Below are positions 37,251-49,944 of a DNA stretch of 64,000 nucleotides, piece after piece. This DNA is from Euprymna scolopes (taxonomy: Eukaryota), in NCBI GenBank assembly GCA_053919585.1, contig CM132783.1, one strand, 5' to 3'. Position numbers and translations under genes: made by a program. The notes beneath the pieces are model-generated. The model searched no databases, was not told the origin of the DNA, and was given only the letters and a program-made list of their open reading frames with translations. Within the stretch, counting starts at the first letter, position 1, and each line of letters opens with the position of its first letter.

Positions 37251-37329
37251 TTGATTTAAAAAAATATTGTTCAAATGATTTAAAAAATATTCATTTCGAT
37301 TTTTAAAAATATTGTTTTTTTGATTGTGG

Positions 37330-37497
37330 TTCATTTTGATTAAAAAAAATTCATTTTGATTAAAACAAAATTCATTTTGATTAAAAAAAACAACTCATTT
37401 TGATTAAAAAAAAAATCATTTTGATTAAAAAAAAAACTCATTTTGATTAAAAAAAAAAATTCATTTTGATTAAAAAAATTCATTTTGATTAAAAAAA
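37330..37497. repeat. ~20-bp tandem repeat, about 8 units
   Basis: Unit ttcattttgatt(a)n. Confidence 0.92.
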
Positions 37498-38026
37498 TAG
37501 TTTAATTTTAATATTTGTTTATTGTCTTAACTCATATCAAATATTTTGCTTGTGTTCTGCTTCAAATATTCATAATCTTACATGCATAATTTTCATTTAA
37601 TTATATCAAATAAACTTCAAGTTTACTACAAATCAAATCGCGTTCCTTCATTTTTTTTAAATGTAATTTATAAGTAATTAAAGAACGCATTCTAATCTTT
37701 AAAATCTATAATACAACGAAATATTCAATTGCTTATAATACTTAAACAAACAACTTGTGTTTTTTTAAATTATTTTTTTATTATTAATATTAGATGAGTT
37801 TCAGTATAAATCATCGTGTTCTTTCTTTATTTCTTTATTTTAATCCAATTTTGAAGTTTTGTAACGCTGTCTGTAAAAATTACTGTTCATTATTGACAGT
37901 CAAGAGTTCCACATATCTTGCTTGTTGGGACCTCGGCGATGACGTCATTTTTTCAGCTGGCCGGCCATCTTTATAACGAAGGCCACGGTTATACACATAT
38001 ACACACATTTGCACTTTATATATATA

Positions 38027-38932
38027 CTAGCAGGGGGTACTCGGCGTTGCCCGGGTGTTTATAGGTGTGTGTATGGGGGCGGGTAAGTATTAATCCTGTT
38101 TAAATATTATAAAAAAAACGATGTTAAAAAAATCGGAAAAAAACAAAAAACAAACAAAAAAAAATGGTATAAATAACCATGTCGGATCGAACCTGCAATC
38201 TTAAGATAACAAAACTGTGTGTATTGGGGGGGGAGGTAAGCTAAAGAATAAGCGAAGTAATAATCCTGTTTTAAAAAACGTTGCCCAGGTGTTTAAAGGT
38301 GTAAAAGAAAAAAAAAATAGTTTTGGTTGGGAGGCGGGATTGAACCCGGAAGCCTTGACGCTGAGGTGGAAACCACTTAACCGTCTCGGCCACGAGTGAG
38401 AGAAATTGATTTGCGTGTTAAGTCAAGGGGTTTAAAGCGAGTGAAAGAGGTTTGATTGATAGGTAGCCGCTAAATGGAGTCATTGTGGGACGTTACGATG
38501 ATGTGGCAGTATTTTTAGTTTTTGCTTAATCAAGGGTTGGGGGGGGAAAGCAGCTCCCCATTTAAAGGGGATTGTCCAAATCGAATAGCAATTGTCTGAT
38601 ATAAGGAGAAACTCCACATTGATCAAAAGCTGATTGCTTTCTGGACGTTTCAGCGCGAAAGCCGAGAACATGAATCGTTTGAATTTAATTTCACTGTATT
38701 TATACTAAAAAGACAAACAAACAGGCGACAGAGTGAAACAGTGCGAATTTTATGAAAGTCGATGTAAATAAATCTAGATGCGACGTGCGTTTGCAAATCG
38801 TAGATATTATTATTCAGACGGTATATAAAAAGTTCTAATACATAGTAACCCCGTCGAAAATGCTGGCGAAAAAAAACCTTTGTGAGACATGCATAAAATG
38901 ATCACATACATTTTGCCTTTTATATATATAGA
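38027..38932 (-). mobile_element. Non-autonomous Helitron (H3), same family as 18983-19664
   Basis: 5' TCTATATATATAAAAGGC; 3' cccgggcaacgccgag...CTAG; shared subterminal blocks. Confidence 0.85.
38325..38397 (-). pseudogene. tRNA-like sequence inside Helitron H3
   Basis: A-box gTGGCCGAGACGGtta and B-box GGTTCAATCCc at tRNA-like spacing; no intact cloverleaf. Confidence 0.6.
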
Positions 38933-39903
38933 TAGATGGCTTGAAAAGTCAAGTATCATACTCCAATTGTGCTCTACACAGAAACATTAATTTCGAATGC
39001 GTTCCAGTCATATCACAGTTACTGTTGATTTATTATGTCGAGCCTTTCGGCTTGTGTGGTAATAAAACTTCTCAAATGCACTTGTGACGTTAGACTGTGT
39101 AAGGTGTTAACTTTGGTTAAATTCGCCTGTTCTTTCTTTCGTCAGATTATATCGATTATCAATACTTATCGAAGACATTCTGATACAGAACCTATCAAAA
39201 AGCACTGCCAGACATATAAAATACTTTTGTGCGAAATTTCATAAAAATCGACCCAGCCGTTTTCGAGTCCACAGGGACGAACTCACACAACACAAAGTTC
39301 CATGTATGTAACAATAAATGAGAATAAATACTGGCGAAGCATGGTTTTTTTCTTGTTGTTGACATTTGTAATATTACAACGAAAATTAGCACCAAATAAG
39401 GCAAACTCTTTTTGGGTTCGAATCCTGTCATATTCAACCACGGTGGTGAATGACAGTGAAACGTGTTTGTGGATAAATAAATATATATGTATATACATAA
39501 CATTTTTAAAGAGATAGAATTGTGTATAGAAAATACATTATAAAAAAAAAAAAAAACTGGAACAAATTTATTGATCTTATTGATTGAATTTGCTTATGAC
39601 AGGAATAGCTGATGAGTAACAAAGAACTGTCGTGACACAATTTGGGGATAATTTAAAACCAGAAAGCGGATGGCTGATCTGATGCTTCAAAAACCAGAAA
39701 TGGAAATGGTTTATGAATCGATGTGCTCTCAATAAATTCTTATCTGGTTTTTATGTTCCATTTTTCCCAAAGCCGTTAGCATCATTCTGTGGAATATTTG
39801 TATTTCATCACGCAAAGAATCCCCAAAGAAATATTTCAATAACTGATGTATTCAAGTGACGGCTCGATCAACCACTTTCAATATCCTTAGATTATCCTTG
39901 CAT

Positions 39904-39963
<60 letters not shown>

Positions 39964-40084
39964 TCCCCATAATGATGACAACAACAAAATAAGCTTCACT
40001 AGTTTACATACTTGCTATTTAAACATATTACAAGAATTTTAGATCATCATTTCTGCTGACATAAAAAAAAGAAGAAAAAAAAAG

Positions 40085-40327
40085 GCACAATCACGTTTAC
40101 ACACCGGTTCTCATCAGATCACCGAAGTTAAGCAACGTTGCGCCTGGCCAGTACCAGATGAGTGACCATTTGGGAAGGCTAGGTGTTGTATGTACCTTCT
40201 GAGAAGTTTGGGTGTGGAGCCAGCACTCTCACCCCGAAAAAAGAACTCGTTACAAAAGCATCTACAAAATTTGTGGATGGCCTATGCCCTTCCAGAGGCT
40301 CAAGGCTACGGATTGGATGAATGGATA
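40085..40327 (+). mobile_element. 5S rRNA-derived SINE3 family B with RTE-like body and tail, 13-bp TSD
   Basis: 5S head, then ggagccagcactctcaccccgaaaaa..gttac, gtggatggcctatgccc and a (tgga)n tail. aagaaaaaaaaag at 40072-40084 and 40328-40340. Confidence 0.85.
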
Positions 40328-41794
40328 AAGAAAAAAAAAGCCCTCGTTTACTCTTTATAGGGGATTTATTTCCAGTTATTATAGGGCTTATATTAAGGCA
40401 CAATAATAATAATAAATGAAAATTGGCTAGTCGGAATCAAAGTTTATTATGTCAACTTAAATCTTATTAATGTACCAACCTTCAAAATCTCACAGGATAA
40501 CTTTATAAGCTAGATACAACAGATATGTTTGTTATGCATAAACACATGAATATGAAACAAAAAGTAATATGTTTAGTTAATGTAATACTAGCAATTAAGA
40601 CATGTAACAAAATACCGTAAAATGGAAAAAAATATTGGTTTGAGTTCCATCTCTAACTTGTTTTTGCTATGTGACATTGAGCTCTTCTACTAAATGTATT
40701 AGACGTCAGTTAATCAAATTCTTCAAATTTCAGTTTCCTGAGAGTATTTTGAAAGGGTTTTAGAAAGTATTATGTGGAGACAACCTCCATCTGAAATATT
40801 TCAGATTTGCTCTGAATTTGATCCAGAGTGAAAATCCTCAGTCATAGACACCCAAAAAATAAGACTTCATTTTAATTCCTTCTTAAAACCGTTTTAAGCT
40901 TACACACCAAGTTTTAAACATTTTCTAGAAACAATTAATTTTGATTAAAATTGAAATAAGGATTCTAGATATAAGATTAGTATCATTGTATCTTGATTTT
41001 AATCTTTAAAATAGTACATAAAAATGATGTAAAAGTGTTGTCTGTCTGTGGAATTGGGATGAATATTCTTCTAGCATAAAGATATATAAAGAATAAAAAA
41101 TATATAAGAAACAGAGAAAAGATACAAACATACATTTTTCGTATTGATTCTCTCTCTTTCTCTCTCTCTCTATATATATATAAGAGAAAAGTAATATATA
41201 CATTGTACTACTTGTACTTTCTGTTCTAGAATTTTATTGTAGGAAATAAATGACAAAGTCATTTACAGATCGCTGCAACTCATCGTTTTGTTTATTAATT
41301 CCTTCCAGTTTGAAATATTTCTTCCAATGGCGCGCGCGCACACACACACACATGAAAACAAAAGTTATATGTAAACGTGTCTATGTGTGAATCTGAGAAA
41401 AAAAGACTATCCGAGTTGTATTGAAGTAGAAAGGAAATATTGGAAAAGCACATTCGCTTGAGCCTTTGTTTGCAGTACAAGATTGATAGACGTTATAGAA
41501 TAATGCATATTGAATAAAGATTAAATACAAGAAAAAAAGTGCACATATTTTTGGTGTCTGCTTAACCCATCTAGAAAAACTTTTTTTTTTGGTCATGAGC
41601 ATAGACAATTGAAATGATAAATTCTATATCTACTAATATATATAAATAAGAAATTCTTCCATTCAAAACTGTCTTGGCTACAAATCACGGAGTGGCTTCA
41701 TATCGGTTGACTAAAGGAAAAAAAAAACTGTCATAAAATCTATATTACGATAACTAATGTAAAAGATTATTCTTCTTTCTATAAGTGAAATTTG

Positions 41795-42475
41795 TTTCCG
41801 AGAACTGCCCATGCATGGAACGCAATACCAATGACTACAGCATGGTCGATTTCAAGTCCAATGTTAACAAATTCTTACCGAGCCGTCCCCTTAAATAATC
41901 AAATTCTGTCCAGATGGAAATATTGTTAACAATCCTTTGTTTTGTTTTATCCTTTAGTTCTCACATTCCACGAGCTATGTGTCTGACAAAAAGGGAAGAA
42001 TTGCTGCTTTGTGGGTTGTAATCCATCCATATTGCATATATCATTCATTATTTTAGTTTTTCACTCTGCAGTATTATTTTTTTAGCTCCTTGTATAAGGT
42101 AGCTTCATGCCTTGTCTAAAGCGATTTGTACACAAAAAAAAAACAAATAAAAAAACACACACACACACACAAAATTGCCTTATATATTTCCAGTTTCATT
42201 TCTTTCAGCTCACTGGGCTCGTTGGCCTAGTGGTCTTCATCAATTTACTATTTTGATACTTCATTGAAATACAGTTTTCTATTCCAGTAGCTTCTTTCCA
42301 AGAACTGCAAGCTTATGGAACTCTCTTCCTGCTCACTGTTTTCTTCCTACTTATAGCATTAAGCTTTTAAAAACTAAGGCCAATAGGTATCTTTGTGATA
42401 ATCATCTTTTGTTCCTGTTAGCTCCTTACATTAAGTGGCTTCATGCCTTGTCTTTAAATATTTTCATCAAAAGAC
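41795..42475 (+). mobile_element. Cluster of CR1-group 3' fragments (B and two C tails)
   Basis: FFPRTASLWNSLPAHCF remnant and the tail gtggcttcatgccttgtct present twice. Confidence 0.75.
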
Positions 42476-43914
42476 AATTATTTCAGTATGGTAATGGGAC
42501 TGTGTAGGTCACTAAACACATACTCATCAACTTAACTGCTATTTCAAATATGCTTTTCTTATCTAATGTTGTATTTCTTGCTGTGATTAAAAGAATGACG
42601 ACAAACACTGATGCATAAAAATATAATATTTTTATTATTGTTGGTGGCAGTGAATGAGTGTGGGTGAATCAGAGGAGTGTAAGGAGCATGAAAATTGATG
42701 GAAGTTGAACTCTTAATTGGGCTAGTTTATATAACGTTTTTTGATGCCCACGCATTCATCTATAAATATCCATAGTTGCATTAAAAAATGATGGTTGTTT
42801 GGTTTTACGGCATATGACCTCTTTTTAGATTATTTAATGCTGAGCTCAGTCATTTTAGTAAAAAGTTTTAGAATAGAAGATCTTGACTAAAATCAGTGAT
42901 GATGTTCATAAAGGAGTTTGAAAAAAAGAAGAAAATAGCAACGAGTGACAACAAGACGGTATAGAAAATTTGCTTATATTCTTTTTTATTAAAAGGTAAA
43001 TAGGTGAAGTTTATAACTCTAGACCCCCTCAACTAGGCAAATTTAGCTTCTTCTCAAAACTTTTTTCTTTCTGGAGAGGGAGACCTATCTCCAAGCTTAT
43101 CTTTAAAATAAATGTGAATCATACGAAGTGCAATACCTAGTTGTCCTTTTTTTTGTTTAAAATAAAAAAAAAAAAAAAAAAAAATAGGAAAGTAGAAAAG
43201 GTATTGTAGATGATTTTCGGCAGTCCAGAAACTCTCACTTGCCCTATTTTGTTCTTCAATCCTCATCTTCAACAAATGAGCGATGTTTCTGACAAAGGGG
43301 GAAGAAAAACGCTGTATACTCGGTCGACTGTTTTGTGTTAGCAGTCGCTAGAGATGACTAAATTCTTTTTTCATTCTATTCTTGTCGCCATGTCACTAAT
43401 AAGGTTGCTGAAGGTAACCGTTTTCCTGTGTTAACGTTATCCACCTGGTAGTCAGGGACCCCAACCTTAAAGTAATTCCCAAGAAGACCGTCCTATCAGA
43501 AGGTGCAAAATACCAGAACTGCTGCATTCAATGGAATCTGGAACATGCAGAAGCTTTTGGTAGAGTCTTTCAATGCCATATATTAGTGGAACTGCTACAG
43601 CTTTTCCTTTTCAATAATCAACAAAAATCTTTCTTCACTTATTCTTTCATCCCTATATTTTCTCTTGCTTATCTTCTGTTCTGCGTTAAACAACTCTGCT
43701 AACTTCTTCCACAAACTCCCCAATCTAATAATGGAAAATTCCAAAAACCAAAGCAAGATAAAACCCAGAATCAAAACTTCCAACAAGACTCCCACAATAA
43801 GGTCTCCTTCTCTAACATCAACTCTGACTTTGAACTTCCAGAGATCGAAATACAAGGTGAAACGATAAATTCGTTGCTCTAAAGAAAACAACACTACACC
43901 CCTATTTTAAAATT

Positions 43915-44400
43915 TTTATTTAAAAAATCAATTCGGGTAACTGGATTATGTAGTAGAGCTGACATCTATTCAGCCTGAATCACCACCTCGAATGAGTCCG
44001 GAACTAGGAATGTGCCTTTTCTACAAGTGCCGGTGGGAGCTTGGCAAATACTCGGCAGAGGGAGACTATCAGGCTGGCTTTGATGTTGTGGGAGGTCATA
44101 TTGGTGATGTTCTCGACGTATGGCCAAATGAAGTAGTCCAGCAGGTTCAGGTCAGGGGAGGAGGGGGCAGTGAAGGAAGTGGTTTGCACCAGAGGATCAC
44201 CATACTCTTCGGCATATCCAGGTACACTTTGGTGTTGACTTTGAAGCCGACTTCGAAGATGTGAGGTGGCATGATGTAGCCTTCACTTAAATCTACACCA
44301 AAGACATAACCATGGCCTGAAACTTCATTGAGCTGTGCCCTTAAGGGTTGAACCATCCGGATTTACATTTTAGGATGCTGGCAATGGTCCTCTTGTCATA
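43915..44400 (-). mobile_element. Tc1/mariner superfamily transposase remnant (maT/DD37D-like)
   Basis: VFGV..SEG.IMPPHIFEVG.KVNTKVYLD and PSSPDLNLLDYFIW motifs. Confidence 0.75.
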
Positions 44401-44429
44401 ACTTGGATCAGTAGAGAGCATGAGTTGTA

Positions 44430-45630
44430 GAGCAGCACATTTCTGATCTCGCTTTTGAACATTAGACATTTCAGACATGCTAGAAGGCTCCTATCGTTCT
44501 TGAGATTTGTACACAACTGGCCAACTAGTAGATGGTCTGCAACCCCCCCCCAAAAAAAAGATCGATTTTCGTCTTATGGGAATAGAATCATATTGTCTTT
44601 TCCAGAGCGATAATTTTATTGTTCCACTCTGTACAATTACAGGAGACAAAACCCGACTTATGTTCTTATGTGAAACTAGAATTAACTTGAATGCTTCCTT
44701 AGCCAATTTCTCCATCAAAGGTTATTCTAACTTCATATACAAACCCGAATCTCAAGATCGCCATGGACATGGAATATGTGCCTACATTAGGGATAGCTAC
44801 CCCTTTGGCAGAGACATCTCTAAAGAAGACCACAAACATCTCTACATGTGCTTTAGAGTAGCACTTACTCACAGCATAGAATTTATATTTTCCCTCTACC
44901 ATCCTAACAATGATGGAGTACTATCTTCTAGACTATTGCTAAGCAAATTGATCATACTCAGTCTGCTCATCCCTCAGCTAATATTTAAATCTGTGGAGAT
45001 TTCAATGTTCACAAGCTTGAATGGCTAGTTCACTCAAAACAGATGACGAGGGGAGATCTAGTCATGATGCCTCCCTTATTTATAACCTAACACACATTTT
45101 TAACAAACTCACTTGTGTACCCGATGCTTATGGACGATTTGCAAGGCTTCTAAATTTTTTCTAACAACATGCCCTGAACTATGCTCATCCTCAGTTTTGT
45201 CTCTGCTAAGATCTTCTGATCACTCGGTTGTCTCAATAAAGATAAAAGCAAAATCTAACAAAACTTGAAGTATCCCTCTCCATCAAACAGTGTAACAATA
45301 TTCAATGGCTGACCGTGACAGTTTCTATAATTTATGTTTAAAACGAACGCGTCCGCTATAGCGTCTAACCTTATATCGGTATAGACAGCTACATATCCAA
45401 CAGAAATCGAACAACCAGCCAGTATACACCTCTGAATGTGCTGCCACCATTGCACACAGAATAAACAGCAATCGCTTTAAATGTAACAGACGTTTTGAAA
45501 TCAAAAGCGCCATTAGAACCGTCAGCAAAAGATTATATAAGAATGCAAGAGAGTCATATGTTCAGTCCATCAAAACCAAAGTGCCCATGTTTTGAACAAA
45601 TGCGAGTTCTCTATTCCAACCATCATCAAA
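44430..45630 (+). mobile_element. CR1-group LINE endonuclease-region remnant
   Basis: APE motifs LMFLCET, GHGICAYIR, CGDFNVH and SDHS across frameshifts. Confidence 0.8.
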
Positions 45631-45659
45631 CTTAACTCTATTGAAGGGTAATAGACATT

Positions 45660-45853
45660 TCTCCTGAATCGGCACTGCTTGAGCACAGTGATAAAAAGTC
45701 TAGGACGACTGGAAACATTGCCGACATAAGCAGAGAGCACATAGTACACCTGGACTTACCAAATCGTTACCCATTTTAGTACTGACCAGGCTCAATGTTG
45801 CTTAACTTAAGGGATCCAACAGGAACCGGTGTACTAACGTGATTATGCCGTAT
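45660..45853 (-). mobile_element. 5S rRNA-derived SINE3 family A, 3'-truncated
   Basis: Collinear with 14190-14386. Confidence 0.85.
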
Positions 45854-45884
45854 ATTCTCAGAATACAATTGCAAATTACTTACA

Positions 45885-46090
45885 ACCTATACCCAATCAT
45901 GGCCAAGGGAACAAGAACATGCTACTCCCATGGATTAAATAAGGGATTCCATTCGAAATTCCATGCAGATTCCCGAGTTTAACAAAAAGATTCTAGCGTT
46001 CAGTAAAAGAGACCTGAGGAAGGCCGTAGGTTAGATCGGTTGAAACGTTGTGAAAATAACATCAAGTCCAAATAATCCATATAATTCTTA
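45885..46090 (+). mobile_element. Pol III-like head plus hammerhead repeat
   Basis: A-box-like tggccaaggg, B-box-like ttcgaaa, the hammerhead below, and a tail shared with 9555 and 57190. Confidence 0.55.
46012..46052 (+). ncRNA. Minimal type I hammerhead motif with canonical core
   Basis: ac CTGAGGA a ggccg taggttagat cggtt GAA acgt T gt. Palindromic ACGT stem III; stem I is only 2 bp. Confidence 0.72.
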
Positions 46091-46733
46091 TTGAAATTTA
46101 TTTATACCAAATATGCTTGGCTTGCAGAAAGGATTGTCGTTGTTAGTAATCATGTCTTGGGTAACATTAAAGAGTACTGGAGAAATATCTGGAATTAAAG
46201 GTTATTAGGTTCTTCTGTAACGAAGATGAAAGTCTGTTTTTTTATAAGCCTATAAAGTTCCGTAATCTAAACTTGATATTGGAAATGTATTTTGGATTAA
46301 CAGAAGTAAATAAGAAAATAAAAAATATAAAAAATCTGCCATCATTTTTTCTACAAGTTCAAGTCTTTAGTATGGTTTCTTATTTTCCTTCCGGAATTCA
46401 TAATGTTCCGGTATTTTTTCCTCTCTCTTCTTTCCTTCAGAGCTTCCTGTAAAGGGTTTTATTTATTGGATCTTTTCCTTCCAAAACCAAAGCTAACATC
46501 ATTTTTAAGGCATCAGTAACTTTCTGTTTTGAAATGAGTCCGGTAGGAGAAAACTATTTTAAGATAAATTTATATAAAATAGAAACTTTCTGAATAAATC
46601 TTTGACAAAATAGATTAAAAAAAAATCTTTTACAAAACTTTGTTTTCTCCGAAAGTAATGATAAAGCAGCAAAATCTATCCATAACAATCGACACCATTT
46701 TCATTTTCTATATTCCATAATACAAAACCTTTA

Positions 46734-46926
46734 GGTACTTATGCAGAATACGAATCGTGTTATTTTTAAATAATTTTTAAGCTAAATTCAATATTTATGA
46801 TGTCTTTTGGTTATTAAATTGTTAAGTGAAAGTACAGATTAGTTACAAAATGCCCTATCCCTCCGCATGTAAAGAACGGGTTTCTAAATTTATTTTTCAG
46901 CAAAGTCCGTATTCTGTATAAGTACC
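46734..46926. mobile_element. MITE with 19-bp TIRs
   Basis: ggtacttatgcagaatacg / cgtattctgtataagtacc (one mismatch). Confidence 0.75.
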
Positions 46927-49900
46927 AACTTTTATACTATTTTGCTTTCCTGGTTCGAACAGTCTTTGTGTATGTTCGATATATCGTTTTTAATTTTTTT
47001 TTTATTAAAATTAGGAGTGATAATAGTATTATTTGGATAACTGAAACTAATCAGGTTTCAAATCCATGTTATGCTCTTTAATCACCAAATTGTAAAAACC
47101 GTTTCTTTGTTTGATGGTATCGGAATTCATAATTAGTGCCGATTCAAGGAGTATACGCGCGCGCGCACACACACACACACACACACATACATACACACAT
47201 ATATATATTATGCAATCTTTAATTGCATATAATTTTTTTCTAGACAAAACCAGATAGTTCAGCTAGTTTTCGATGTCAATAATATGCATGTACAAATGAG
47301 CAATTTGATATTAAACGGTTGGTGTTCATATCCATTATGAAATTATGCAAATAGAAGAAATGAAAATTACGGTTTCCAAAAAGATTACCATTGATAATAA
47401 AATGAATGAAACAAACCGGAAGTTAAGGCAAAATCAAGTCGGATTCGTATTGTCTTTGAACAAAGAAAACGTTCGGTTTTAAGATGTAAATTCATTATCG
47501 AAAAACTATAATGAAACAAAATAACCATTTTTGGTTGATTCCCAAAGATTTTTTTTTTTTTTTTATAAAAGACAGAAAAATTGATGGAGTCAAAATAAAA
47601 ATAAAAGAAAAGAAAAACAAAATGTAATATGTTGGTGTTAATGAGATTGCCAGTTAGATGAGGAGTAATATAGTAGGATTGGAAACAATTAGTGAAATTA
47701 TCAGCCTTTGGTTATGTAAGAGAAAATGTTGATAAAACCGTCCAACACATGCCAGTATGTAAACCGGACATTAAACCGAATATAATGTTTCTTCTGAATT
47801 AGATTTACTCTTTCCTGGTAATTCAATGCTGAAACACAATACTGGTCAAGGATTCATTATATTCGACAATTAATACATAGTTTTGAACTCTTCCACAGTG
47901 ACTGCTTTTGCTGCATTCTACACTGCTATCATGAGGATCAAATATCAACTCAAACTTTCCATCGATCTCCGATCTTTGCCGTCTGTCCATCTCCAATGTC
48001 ATCTAAGATGATGGACTCACCAATATATAATCAAGCACAACCGCCACTTTGCCTATTTTTTACCCATAAATAGCCCTTAAACACCAAATAAACTCATCCA
48101 GAAATTTGAAATAAGTCATTTCGACACTCTTATTACTTGCTATGAATGATGAGGCATTTTTTTTCACACAACGAAAGTTGGCTGTGATGATCAGAGATAC
48201 TGTACTTCTTTAACTAGGTATAACATTTTCAATAATAAAAGAGTTCCGTCTAGTGGTTGCTATGCAAATAAAATCTGTTTGCATGCAAAAACGACATAAG
48301 GAGATGTTTGCTAAGAGTTATTAAAAGGTTTAATTTTTGAAGACCATTGATTTCAGAGAGCGAGACTAATGTTCTTAGCTAATTATTTATTTAGCTTTTT
48401 TTTTTAGCTGAAATGAGTGACATACGAACAAAGACATTGAGGTAATGATTCGTACAGCATTGCCGGTGATGTGTCTCGTACACCTTTCCACTCCAATTAT
48501 TAGCGGTCTTTGTCTTACGACTTCTACAGGAAACTGATTTGACAACCTTTATTTTCTCTCAGCTTGAAAAACGTGACGTCATTTTGTCATTTCGACTCAT
48601 TCCATTGTTTTGTCTAACTGATCTGACGTTTGTTTTTCATTTCACCTCAGATGTCAGTTATCCTTGATTCAACTCTGGGAATGATTCTGTTTTGCAGATC
48701 TGGCTTATTATCGTGCACTAGTGTGATCCTTGTCAAAATCCACACTAGCTAACTTAATCACTATTGACGTAGGGTCCTTAATAGGTGAAATAGGGTCTTA
48801 GTAAAAGTAATTGTAGTTGAATACACGTCTATATTTTATAAAGAGTTGGGGGTTCATACCTTTGCTAATGATATTAGTTTGAATAAGCGAATACAATATG
48901 GAAGGAAAGTAGGTTAAAGAGAAAAGGAAATCAAGATACATAAGAGATAAAGAAAAGAAAGAATCACAGATGTTATATTGAAGTTGGAATAAAATGAAGA
49001 AACGTTCAATTCAATACCAAACAATTGCAGCATCGAATCATTAATAATGAAAGCAGTTTAAAAAAAAATACTTTTCACCTTTTGAATGGAATCTGAAGTC
49101 AGCAGTCGCCTTTGAAGTCCGGCATTTGTATGCGAAAGCTGCCGACAGTTGTCAATTGTCAACATTTCTTTGATTTGGTAAAATCCGATAGAATTATAAT
49201 CACAGGAATTCGCATTTATCGGTGTCTTGCTTTTGAAAACATATCAACTGATCTTAGTAATTATTTGCGAAATCAAACAAAAGTTTCGAAAGGTAAATAA
49301 AAAAAAAATAAAAATAAAAAATATCAGAAAGAAACAAGATAATTCTAAAATCGGAAGAAAGCAGAATCACTGTAGAGCGTATGATTTTTTTTTATGCTGA
49401 CAATTATGTTAAAGAAAAGAAGTAACGATGCTGTACGCTTATGTTTCCTTAATTTTAAATTAAAAGAAACTGAAGATCCAAAACTTTCTGGCCAGAATAC
49501 TTTTCAAAATTCACAAACAAAAATTAAAACGTAACAAGTGTAGAGAAATGCTGATTCTCTCCCTCTTGATTGTGCCCTGGCAATTGCTACAACTTGACAG
49601 ACGCTAGTCACTTCAATGTTCATCATTACTCTCACTGTACTTGTATGAATTGTCAGTGATACTCCCAAATAGCACAAAACATAATTTATCAATGTCAAAC
49701 TTCTCCTGTGAGTCTCCCACAAAATGGAGGACCTAGCTCCCTCCCACCCCCCAGTAACTAATGCTCCAAACCAAGAACTAAATATTTTTTATTGGTTTAT
49801 ATAATATACATTGCTTGTCTTTTCTAATTGTCAACTATAAATAACAGTGTTAATTAACCAGTTCTTCTAATAGGGGATACTAGCGAGACCTATGGAAATT

Positions 49901-49944
49901 CCACAGGGGACTCATTCAAAAAACTGAAAAAGTATTTATCCAAG

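Larger units (their letters stand above)
34693..38936 (-). mobile_element. Long non-autonomous Helitron (H2) carrying minisatellites, with H3 nested in its head
   Basis: 3' caggcaacgccaag...CTAG at 34693. The head is split into TCTA (38933-38936) and TATATATATAAAGTGC (ending 38026). Confidence 0.75.

Noticed and set aside
40085-40195. 5S-like sequences as true 5S rRNA genes
   Set aside because: Dispersed, mutually diverged, no T-run terminator at nt ~120, and fused to SINE bodies, two of them with TSDs.
47155-47200. (GC)n(AC)n tracts as functional Z-DNA elements (also ~2692 and ~41330)
   Set aside because: Common compound microsatellites with nothing to indicate function.
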